From Candidatus Helarchaeota archaeon (lineage in GTDB: Archaea > Asgardarchaeota > Lokiarchaeia > Helarchaeales > RDOG01), in contig JAHPZH010000005.1 in the NCBI GenBank assembly GCA_019058315.1, positions 224,001 to 288,000 on the forward strand: DNA of 64,000 bases. The letters are read 5' to 3'. Under the pieces are notes generated by a model. That model was given only the letters and a program-made list of their open reading frames with translations, searched no databases and was not told where the DNA came from. Positions 10,391 to 18,991 of this stretch are shown piece by piece. Made by a program: the position numbers and the translations under genes. Each line of letters starts with the position of its first letter. Positions within the stretch are counted from its first letter, which is position 1.

Positions 10391-10705
10391 TTATTCTTCT
10401 ACTAGTGTTAAATTGTTCTTTTTCGCATAATCTCGAGCTTTATTTTTATCTTTAAAAGATTCTTTTACATCATAGACCATCCAGCTTGTTTCTCCTTTAA
10501 CATTAACTTCAATAATTGGTCTAGTCATAGTTCCTGGATCTGGATATACCTTTAATAAATAGATTTTTACATCTTTCGCTGCTTCTCTGCACTTCTCACA
10601 GCCTTTGGGACCTTTTGCACAGTGAGGGAGCGACATTTCTCTTATCACATAAATATTTCCATAAATATCTTTAGAATTATCTTCAGGAATATCTTCTAGT
10701 TTCAT
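10391..10705 (-). CDS. Small putative metal-binding protein, paralog of 10710-11015
   Basis: SLPHCAKGPKGCEKC motif. Confidence 0.75.
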   Translation of the reverse strand: MKLEDIPEDNSKDIYGNIYVIREMSLPHCAKGPKGCEKCREAAKDVKIYLLKVYPDPGTMTRPIIEVNVKGETSWMVYDVKESFKDKNKARDYAKKNNLTLVEE

Positions 10706-10709
10706 TCAA

Positions 10710-11015
10710 TTAATCCTCCACTGTAGTATTTTTTAAAAGATTGAATCCCCGTTTATTTGCATATTCTTCAGCTTCAGATTTACTTTCAAAACCTTTAATA
10801 ACATTATAATAAACAAAATTTCGTTTCTTATCCTTTATAATTTCAATAGTGGGTCTTGCACCTTCACCTGGTCCGTAATCTACTTGCAATATATAAAATT
10901 TTTTTAATTTTGCGGCTTCTTTACATTTTTCACACCATTTTGGACCTCTTGCACAATGACCAAGGCTCATCCATTTAATAACATAATCGACTTCTTTGTT
11001 AGTTTGGGGTTTCAT
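10710..11015 (-). CDS. Small putative metal-binding protein, paralog of 10391-10705
   Basis: SLGHCARGPKWCEKC motif. Confidence 0.75.
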   Translation of the reverse strand: MKPQTNKEVDYVIKWMSLGHCARGPKWCEKCKEAAKLKKFYILQVDYGPGEGARPTIEIIKDKKRNFVYYNVIKGFESKSEAEEYANKRGFNLLKNTTVED

Positions 11016-11092
11016 TCTTTATCCATCTAAAAATTTTAGTGAAATTATATCTATTTGATGAAATTATATTTAATTAATCAATTTAAAACTAG

Positions 11093-11389
11093 GTGTTGAA
11101 AATAGAGGATTTGTCAAAATTTGCAGTAAAAGTTGCAGACGCAATATTTTCTGGAAAAAACTCTATTGAAATTGACAATAAAACCTATAAAGTTCAAGTT
11201 TTCGCTAAAAGTGGATTAAAATATGTTGATATAGGTTATTATAGAATTGTAGAACAAAATCCAAATAAAAGTTCGAAATGGGCTAAAATGGCAAAAGAAG
11301 GAAAAAAAATTGCCTGGGTTTTTAAGGGAAGAAAATATTACGCAAGAGTTGTAGATGGTCATTTTACGTTATTGGGACATAAAAAATAG
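11093..11389 (+). CDS. Small basic hypothetical protein
   Basis: 98 aa, typical codon usage, VEQNPNKSSKWAKMA. Confidence 0.7.
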   Translation: MLKIEDLSKFAVKVADAIFSGKNSIEIDNKTYKVQVFAKSGLKYVDIGYYRIVEQNPNKSSKWAKMAKEGKKIAWVFKGRKYYARVVDGHFTLLGHKK

Positions 11390-11393
11390 TATG

Positions 11394-12770
11394 TTAAAGG
11401 TATTTTTCTAGTTCAAAATCCTTCGATGAAGGAACTTTATGAATAATTACACCGGGAGAGGTTACTTTTAATGAATCATCTGCAATTTTTTCGGCATTTG
11501 GAATATATTTGAATACTATATCCTCATCATTTTGATCTAGTGGCTTAGTTGTTATGAGAAGAAATGACCCACCACCGGAAGCCCCTAAAACTTTACCAAA
11601 ATACAATTTTTCATTCGATTTTGTGTTTAATTCATTCATAGTTCTAGAAATATTTAATGGAACAATCCCTAATGAGTTAAAATTTGATTGAAGCATGTCA
11701 AATAGTGTTTTAATTTCCTTAAGATTACTTTTATTTCCATTATCTTGTAATCTTTTAACAAGGACTTCAGATATTTTACTCATTTGATCAAAAGTAAGAG
11801 AATAAATATCCCAGAATTCTTTTGATTGAGAATCCATATTTTTAATCATCTTAGGTGTTGAGGTTCGAGTTCCTGAATAATATATTGTAAGAAATAAATG
11901 ATTTATTAGGTCTGAATTGACCTTGAGAGTCGATATCATCGGGCTACCTAGCAAATCCAAATTTTTAATTTGATAGATTTTTTTAATAAAATCATTAATT
12001 GGGATTTCTTTAAATTGAGATTGTTCACTTTTTTGGAGTTCAAAAAATTTGGTTAGATCTAATTGAAAAATCTCACCTTTATCTAGTGGAAAAATACACG
12101 GAATGACACTAAATCCTCCAGCAATACCTTTTAAATCCTCTACATGTCGTTTACCATGATGATAAGCATCTTCTAATAGGATTGCGACTAAAAATATTAA
12201 TGTTCTATCTTTTGGAGTTAGCTTTTCTGATACTATTCCAAGCTTGTGCATTGTTGCTAAAGCTAAAAGAGAGGCGAATACAGCACTACTGCCCAATCCA
12301 CCACGTATAATAATATTACTTATAATAAATAGGTCTAAACAAAGATCATCGATTTTCTTAACCATTTCTTTATTATAGAGAGGGTGTTTTACAGTTCCTA
12401 ACACTTTTTTTACAGCATCTTTCCATTTTATACATGAAACCTTGATAATTTCAATCCAATCTTTAGTGAGTCTTTGCGTTAAATCAATAAAAATTCCTCT
12501 TTGATCTCTTTCATAGATTCTAGTAATATTAACTTCTTCAGCATCAGGTGTTATTGATTTATTATAAAAGTTAAATGAAATTAGGGTTCGGGCGTTTACA
12601 CCCATAAGTAATGAAGTTCCGGAATGAAAGATTAAATATTCTCCAGTTAAGAATGCTTTTGCATTTGATGAGACTAATAGGTCGGATTTGTGAATTCTTT
12701 CTTGTATTTCATTCCTTATTCTTACTTGTGCTTTTGGGAATTTATTTCTTTTAGTATTAGGATGAGTCAT
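11394..12770 (-). CDS. GHMP-kinase superfamily protein (mevalonate/phosphomevalonate/sugar kinase-like)
   Basis: KAFLTGEY, GGLGSSA ATP loop, KVLGASGGG. Confidence 0.8.
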   Translation of the reverse strand: MTHPNTKRNKFPKAQVRIRNEIQERIHKSDLLVSSNAKAFLTGEYLIFHSGTSLLMGVNARTLISFNFYNKSITPDAEEVNITRIYERDQRGIFIDLTQRLTKDWIEIIKVSCIKWKDAVKKVLGTVKHPLYNKEMVKKIDDLCLDLFIISNIIIRGGLGSSAVFASLLALATMHKLGIVSEKLTPKDRTLIFLVAILLEDAYHHGKRHVEDLKGIAGGFSVIPCIFPLDKGEIFQLDLTKFFELQKSEQSQFKEIPINDFIKKIYQIKNLDLLGSPMISTLKVNSDLINHLFLTIYYSGTRTSTPKMIKNMDSQSKEFWDIYSLTFDQMSKISEVLVKRLQDNGNKSNLKEIKTLFDMLQSNFNSLGIVPLNISRTMNELNTKSNEKLYFGKVLGASGGGSFLLITTKPLDQNDEDIVFKYIPNAEKIADDSLKVTSPGVIIHKVPSSKDFELEKYL

Positions 12771-12802
12771 ACTTGATCCTTCCGTTTAATAAATAGTGAA
12801 AA

Positions 12803-13228
12803 TTAAAAATTAAAATCTTTTCGCCATAGTTTATATCCAATTCGCCAAAGCTTTAACCTTGGTTTATTGAGCTTATTATCAACATCAATTCCAGGTTTTG
12901 GATTATCCATGACTTCATTATATCGTGCATAATATACATCAGCACTCGGATTCCCTTCAATTAAACTTAAAATCCCATTTTCGGTAAAGAATAAAATTAA
13001 ATCTGGTTTAATATCCGGCTTTTCTTTCGTCATTACTAATTTGTCTTCATCTACTTTGTACAAAAAATAATGTAATTTTGCATTTTCAGCAGCGGAATCA
13101 TCTATTAAATCTTCAGTAATAAAATATTCCCAACATGCATTAATATGAAGGTGCCTCATTAAATCCGGGTTATTTGGAAAATAATTTTTGAGTTTTTGAT
13201 ATAATTCTTCGGAATCCATTCCTATCAT
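12803..13228 (-). CDS. Hypothetical protein, SCP2-like fold suspected
   Basis: KPDLILFFTENGILSL pattern; homologous to the C-terminal domain of 17345-18985. Confidence 0.6.
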   Translation of the reverse strand: MIGMDSEELYQKLKNYFPNNPDLMRHLHINACWEYFITEDLIDDSAAENAKLHYFLYKVDEDKLVMTKEKPDIKPDLILFFTENGILSLIEGNPSADVYYARYNEVMDNPKPGIDVDNKLNKPRLKLWRIGYKLWRKDFNF

Positions 13229-13233
13229 TTAGA

Positions 13234-14715
13234 CTATTTTATTTTTTCTAAGTTCGCTGGGGTTCCATCATAGATATATTTAGCAAAAACTAAATCTTGA
13301 GGATAATATCTCGCTCCTGCAGGCCAGCTAGAATCTTTAATTCCACCTAATGCCACCGAAATATCTGTTAACATCGGCTTAGCGTTTATGTATATATTGG
13401 CGGATTCTAATTGCGTCTTAAAAATTTCGATATTCTTTAAATCTGATGTATAAGCAACTGCTCTCATACCATAGTTACTCGCATTTGCAAGTCTTATTGC
13501 GTCTTTTAAATCATCGGCTTTAGTTACGGAGCGGACGGGTCCGAATGCTTCTTCTCTCCATAAAAATGGAGCTTTAGTCAAATCTTCACATAGTTCTGGT
13601 CCTATTTCTACCAAAGTTGGCTTGTAAAATAAGCCATAGTCTTCACCAGGATCTATTTTTTCGCCACCAGTATAAATTTTGCAGTCATATTTTAGAGCAT
13701 CTTCCACCATAACTTCCATCATCATTAATATTTTACGACTACCGAGCGGTCCTATATCCACATCTGGATCTGTTGGGTCTCCGTATTTTAAATTTTCAAT
13801 TTCTTTTATTAAGCACTCAATATAATCATCATAAATATCTCGATGAACAATTATTCGTTTCATGGAAAAACATTGCTGCCCAGAATTAGTATAGCTCGCG
13901 TTAACATTCCATTTGGCGACTTGCTCTAAATTTACATCATCCATGATGATCCCCGCATCATTTCCTGCACATTCAAAAATGAATTGTTTGAAGGGAAAAG
14001 TGTACATATCAATACCCATTGATTTATCTACCGATTTTTTCAGAATTTTAGCATAACGAACTAAAATATCTTTAGCGGTGTGGGATGCACTGATACATAA
14101 GAACGTTTTTACTAGCTCATTTTTAAGAAACTCATTAACAGCCCATTCTCCAGGAGCAATTGCTAAATTAAATCCATCAAGAGCAGGAAGTTGCATGTCT
14201 TCCATTATATCAAATGCCATTCGCATAGTTAATGGACAAGCAGTTGATGGTTTAACGATTGCAGGGTTTCCTACAAGATAATTTGCACCCATTTGATATA
14301 ATGGTAAACTTATAGGCGTGTTTCTAGGGGATATACAAGCGGCTAATCCTTGTGGAACATATTTGAGTCTACAAAATTGTTCACCATCCATATTTGTAAG
14401 TGGTTTGTCTTCTAAAAATTGCCAATACCACTCGCAAAATTTAAATCCGTTTGTAACAATAGCCAATTCCCACTCAGAATATTTGATAGGTAATCCACCT
14501 TCTGCGACTATAAGCTTTTTTAATTCTTTCTTTTTAAATCGCAATCGGGTAGCAACCTTACCAAGTAATTTTGCACGCTCAAAAAAATCCATATCTTTTA
14601 ACTTAGCCCAATTTCTATGAGCATTTTTAATTTTTGAACTTAAAGTTTCTTTTGTGTCTCCGGTAATCTCGTCTATTATTTCTCCAGTATATTTATTTTT
14701 AACCCGTATACTCAA
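13234..14715 (-). CDS. Aldehyde dehydrogenase family (lactaldehyde dehydrogenase-like)
   Basis: PRNTP, VKPS, catalytic Glu in FECAGND, SGQQC catalytic Cys, EEAFGPV, ANASNYG. Confidence 0.9.
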   Translation of the reverse strand: MSIRVKNKYTGEIIDEITGDTKETLSSKIKNAHRNWAKLKDMDFFERAKLLGKVATRLRFKKKELKKLIVAEGGLPIKYSEWELAIVTNGFKFCEWYWQFLEDKPLTNMDGEQFCRLKYVPQGLAACISPRNTPISLPLYQMGANYLVGNPAIVKPSTACPLTMRMAFDIMEDMQLPALDGFNLAIAPGEWAVNEFLKNELVKTFLCISASHTAKDILVRYAKILKKSVDKSMGIDMYTFPFKQFIFECAGNDAGIIMDDVNLEQVAKWNVNASYTNSGQQCFSMKRIIVHRDIYDDYIECLIKEIENLKYGDPTDPDVDIGPLGSRKILMMMEVMVEDALKYDCKIYTGGEKIDPGEDYGLFYKPTLVEIGPELCEDLTKAPFLWREEAFGPVRSVTKADDLKDAIRLANASNYGMRAVAYTSDLKNIEIFKTQLESANIYINAKPMLTDISVALGGIKDSSWPAGARYYPQDLVFAKYIYDGTPANLEKIK

Positions 14716-15158
14716 AAATTACACCTATAATCTTTAATTCAAATAAATATGAAAAATGAATTTATGTGAAATTTTAAAAATATAAATAATTTAATCTAAA
14801 AAAATATTTTTATTGGACCTATTTTTCGTTAATTTTCAAAAAATTGCTTCTATTTCTTACTTTTTGATTCATGTTTCAATAATTATGACAAATTTAATTC
14901 TTTTAGTCGATCTTCAAATTCATTTTGCATTGAAAGATATTTAATCTTCAAAAAACATCAACTTCCATAAGCCAAATTATCTAATTTTTCTCTAGATGAA
15001 GTATCATAGATGGCTTTTTGAGCTAATCTAAAAGAGCTTATAAATCAATCTAACATGTTCCATTATTGAAAATTCAATTAATGGTTTTTGAAAATCCAAA
15101 AATTTTTATAATCGATTAACTTAAATTCAGTTACTCTTTTTATAGAAGGAAAGGGAAC

Positions 15159-17177
15159 ATGAAAAAAAATAAATTATTAATATTCGGAAGCTTATCTTTT
15201 ATTTTATTAACATCCTTCGTTCTCTGTTTTTCTCAAATCTCTATAAACGGTATATCTATTACTTCTACTCCAGATGCAATTCTTTCCTCAAAATGCATTC
15301 TTTGGACAGCTAACGGCACTGCCATTTGCACGGCAAACAATCAGCAAAAAATGCCTCAAATTTGCAGCGATGGTGTAGGCGGTGCGATCATCGCGTGGGT
15401 AGATGAGAGAGATGGAGTAACAGCAGATGACATTTACGCACAGCGAATCAATTCCATTGGAAGTATACAATGGGCTCCTAACGGTGAAGCCATTTGCACG
15501 GCAAGTGATGATCAATTTAGCGTTCAACTCTGCAGTGACGGTGCAGGCGGAGCGATCATCACGTGGATTGATGATGATGGAAGTGATTTCGATATTTACG
15601 CACAGAAAATCAATTCCAGTGGTGGTGTTGAATGGACGGGAAACGGCACTGCAATTTGTACAGATATCAGTTTACAATTCGAACTTCAAATCTGTTCCGA
15701 CGGCGCAGGCGGTGCTATCATCGTATGGAGGGATCTTAGAGACGATGGTGGCGACATTTATGCACAGAAGATCAATTCTAGTGGAGATGTTGAATGGAAC
15801 GGCAATGGTAATACCATTTGCGATCTAACTGGTACCCAAAGTAATCCCCAGATATGTTACGATGGGGCAGGTGGGGCGATAATTACGTGGCAAGATGAGA
15901 GAGATGGACCAACAGTAGATGACATTTACGCACAGCGAATTAAACCCAATGGAACTATACAATGGACCAGTAACGGTATTGCCATTTGTACTGCAGACTA
16001 TCAGCAATTTGCCCCTCAGCTTTGTAGCGACGGTGCGGGTGGTGCGATAATTACGTGGCAAGATGAGAGAGACGGATCAACAGTAGATGACATTTATGCC
16101 CAGCGAATCAACTCGAGCGGAGCCATACAATGGACCGATAATGGCACTACCATTAGCACCGCAGCCAATCAGCAATTGACCCCTCAGCTTTGCAGCGACG
16201 GTGCGGGTGGTGCGGTCATCACGTGGGAAGATGAGAGAAGCGGACCTAATCGTGACATTTACGCTCTGAGAGTCGAATCCAGCGAAGATATTAAGGGGAC
16301 AGCTAACGGCACTGCCATTTGCACGGCAGACAATGGTCAATGGTCCCCTCAGCTTTGCAGCGACGGTGCGGGCGGTGCGATCATCACGTGGGAAGATGAG
16401 AGAGATGGAGCAGCGAATGATGATATTTACACGCAGAGAATCAATTCCATCGGAGGGGTGGAATGGACTGGCAACGGTACTGTAATTTGCATGGCAAACA
16501 GTCAGCAAGCTTACCCTCAAATTTGCAGCAACGGTGCGGGTGGTGCAATCATCACGTGGGAAGATGAGAGAGATGGAGGAGCATTAGACGATATTTATGC
16601 ACAAGGATTCCGGAATGAGTCGGAATTTCCATGGTATTTGTTATTATTGGGGCAAGGAGGGGGAGGAATCATCGAATTCTTACTTTCTGCCTTGGGTCTT
16701 CTCATGATGGCTAGTGTTGGGTTAGCAGCTATTGTGGTTGTCGTGGTATACAAAAATGTAAGTTCAAAGCGTCCAAAAACAAAAAAACTAGATAACATCA
16801 AGACAGAAATTAAAGGCAACAACTTAATATTGAAGTTCAACATAACCAAGGAATTGGGAAAATCCTCCACAGAGAAAACCATCATCGTAGCAAATTCCCA
16901 CGGAGAAGCGCAAATCAAGGATACGGACTTGAATTTCGGCATGTATGCATTTAAATACGAAACTAAAAAGGATGTAAGGGATAAAAAGCCAGAAGCAATG
17001 CAAAATATCGACGTGAAACTGGGTGGAAATACAGCAGTAATCAAGGTAGACATGAGAAGAAATTTTGGACCTTCAAGCACGGGAAAAAGCACGATAGTCG
17101 CATCGTCTAGGGGTAACAAGTTAATTAAAGACTCGGGAATTTATTTCGGTCTGAATGTTTACAAGAAAAAGAAATGA
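15159..17177 (+). CDS. Secreted/membrane-anchored 8-repeat beta-propeller protein with duplicated cytoplasmic C-terminal domain
   Basis: Signal peptide, 8 repeats of about 55 aa, TM helix, two copies of a roughly 60-aa GxSSTxKxxIVAxSxG domain. Confidence 0.85.
   Translation: MKKNKLLIFGSLSFILLTSFVLCFSQISINGISITSTPDAILSSKCILWTANGTAICTANNQQKMPQICSDGVGGAIIAWVDERDGVTADDIYAQRINSIGSIQWAPNGEAICTASDDQFSVQLCSDGAGGAIITWIDDDGSDFDIYAQKINSSGGVEWTGNGTAICTDISLQFELQICSDGAGGAIIVWRDLRDDGGDIYAQKINSSGDVEWNGNGNTICDLTGTQSNPQICYDGAGGAIITWQDERDGPTVDDIYAQRIKPNGTIQWTSNGIAICTADYQQFAPQLCSDGAGGAIITWQDERDGSTVDDIYAQRINSSGAIQWTDNGTTISTAANQQLTPQLCSDGAGGAVITWEDERSGPNRDIYALRVESSEDIKGTANGTAICTADNGQWSPQLCSDGAGGAIITWEDERDGAANDDIYTQRINSIGGVEWTGNGTVICMANSQQAYPQICSNGAGGAIITWEDERDGGALDDIYAQGFRNESEFPWYLLLLGQGGGGIIEFLLSALGLLMMASVGLAAIVVVVVYKNVSSKRPKTKKLDNIKTEIKGNNLILKFNITKELGKSSTEKTIIVANSHGEAQIKDTDLNFGMYAFKYETKKDVRDKKPEAMQNIDVKLGGNTAVIKVDMRRNFGPSSTGKSTIVASSRGNKLIKDSGIYFGLNVYKKKK
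15303..16610 (+). repeat. Eight coding tandem repeats (about 165 nt; WTxNGTAICTA..Q..PQLCSDGAGGAIITW.DER....DIYAQRINSSG)
   Basis: Directly visible in protein and DNA; GC clearly higher than flanks. Confidence 0.95.
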
Positions 17178-17344
17178 TATAATCATTTTTTACTTTATTT
17201 TTCATTTTCAATGATGAACTCATCTTTAACGAGGGATAAAATTCCTGAAAATTGGGTAATTTTTCCTTAAAAATTCTCAATATATTTATTCTTAATTTTC
17301 AGTTCTTGTGGTATTGCTGCTAATTTAACCTACTTTAAATTACT

Positions 17345-18985
17345 TTAAATTTCGTCTTCATCTTCTAAGATACCTGCTTCTTCAGCAAATTTCCCATATC
17401 CCATTCTAATTAATGTTTTGGTTCTTTTATGAAGAACAAAATCGATCCATCCTTCATCTTCGTCAGGTTCATTATAAAAGATTCCAAATTGTTGTGCATA
17501 ATCGGATTTAGTCTCATTTAAAACTAATTTATTAACAGCTTCTGTTGAAACTGCTAATTCTAAATCGGGATCATCTGCCTTACCTGATTTAAGTTCAATT
17601 CCATTCTCTGTACGTAATACATTAAAGCAACATAAAGGATTTTCTTCTTCTAAATCATCAAGTTTTTCATAAATCGCAAAATCTAGATTCGAACCTGTTA
17701 CTAAGTCGGAGAAAATATCCGGATATTTTGCTAAAAATTTCATATATTTTTTTCCAATTTTAAATTCAGTTTCGGAATCATCCAGAATTTGACCTTCCAT
17801 TTCTTTTTCAATTGATCGTAAAAGCATTTCTGAAATATCTAAAATTTCTAAGTTTGCTCCATTTAGACCATCTTTTAGATTCTTTTCACAGAATGGACAA
17901 GCTGAAACAAGAATTTCAATTCCTTTTTCAAGTGCCTCACTATTTCTATTAACAGCGATTTTTTGAGCCAAATCTGGGTCTGATGATTTTACTCCTCCAC
18001 CTGCTCCACAACAATGACTATAATTTCTTAAAGCATCAAGTTCAATAAAATTTGAATTGTTAATTCTTTTTAATAGACTTCTTGGAGCCTCATAAACCCC
18101 GGAATGCCTCCCTAAATGACAAGGATCGTGATAACTTATTTTTTTGTAATGTTTCATTTTAAATTTATAGGAATTTTCATTCAAATATTGATCTAGAAAT
18201 TCAGTTAGATGATAAAATTGAATTGAGCTTTTATCAAGCTCAGCATAATCCATTTTAAAAGTTCTATAACACCCAGCACATGGGAAAATAACCTTCTTAA
18301 TTTTATTCTTTTTAAATAATTCTAAATTTTTTCTCGCTATGGTCTCAAATTCATTTTTATATCCATATCTTTTTAATATTGAACCACAACATGGCTCATT
18401 ATCAATGATAGAATAATCGATCCCTAAATTATCTAAAAGTTCAATAGTAGACAGTGCAATATTTTGTTGGCGATAAGAGGAGGTACAACCTAAAAATACT
18501 AAATATTCAGCATTTGGATTAAATTTTCGACCACTTAATATTTTTGATCTTGTTTCTTTAGGTTCGTTATAAGGATTATTATTTTGTAAAATACTGTCTA
18601 GAATCTTTTGATGCTTTTCTATTTTCAATTCTTGATTAACAAAATCTTGTCGCAAAGCTTCCATTAGTAGAGGTGTATTAATTCCTCCTTCAATTGCTAG
18701 ACAAGTTTCTTTACAACTTCCACAGCCAGTACAGGTATATGCCCATTTCAAAATAGACTCATCAGTTTCCAATTTTTGATCAATCAATTTTTTTAAAATT
18801 AAAATTCTGCCTCTAGCATCATAGGCTTCAAACCCCAATACGTTCTTAACGGGACAAGGTTTTGTTACATGCCTTTTTGCAGTTGTAATTTGAGTGCCGC
18901 TACTACTACAGTCACCACATTTACCGCAATATTCCATCATATCTAGATGTTTTTTTAATTCTGAAAAAATAGCCAAAATGAACAC
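17345..18985 (-). CDS. Fe-S oxidoreductase (GlcF/HdrD-like, two CCG domains) with C-terminal SCP2-like extension
   Basis: CGKCGDC, CTGCGSC..C, PCCG, PCAGC, YHDPCHLGR, HCCGAGGG, SACPFC; likely start TTG 18976. Confidence 0.9.
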   Translation of the reverse strand: MFILAIFSELKKHLDMMEYCGKCGDCSSSGTQITTAKRHVTKPCPVKNVLGFEAYDARGRILILKKLIDQKLETDESILKWAYTCTGCGSCKETCLAIEGGINTPLLMEALRQDFVNQELKIEKHQKILDSILQNNNPYNEPKETRSKILSGRKFNPNAEYLVFLGCTSSYRQQNIALSTIELLDNLGIDYSIIDNEPCCGSILKRYGYKNEFETIARKNLELFKKNKIKKVIFPCAGCYRTFKMDYAELDKSSIQFYHLTEFLDQYLNENSYKFKMKHYKKISYHDPCHLGRHSGVYEAPRSLLKRINNSNFIELDALRNYSHCCGAGGGVKSSDPDLAQKIAVNRNSEALEKGIEILVSACPFCEKNLKDGLNGANLEILDISEMLLRSIEKEMEGQILDDSETEFKIGKKYMKFLAKYPDIFSDLVTGSNLDFAIYEKLDDLEEENPLCCFNVLRTENGIELKSGKADDPDLELAVSTEAVNKLVLNETKSDYAQQFGIFYNEPDEDEGWIDFVLHKRTKTLIRMGYGKFAEEAGILEDEDEI

Positions 18986-18991
18986 CTATTT

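Noticed and set aside
14780-15060. Possible decayed minus-strand gene between ALDH and the propeller gene
   Set aside because: Protein-like fragments but several stops and no recognisable family; cannot be supported without a search.
15303-16610. Diversity-generating retroelement TR/VR pair
   Set aside because: Differences between repeats are not adenine-specific and no reverse transcriptase is present.
17211-17248. C/D-box sRNA (ATGATGA ... CTGA)
   Set aside because: Only 27 nt between the boxes and no D'/C' boxes; likely chance in AT-rich DNA.
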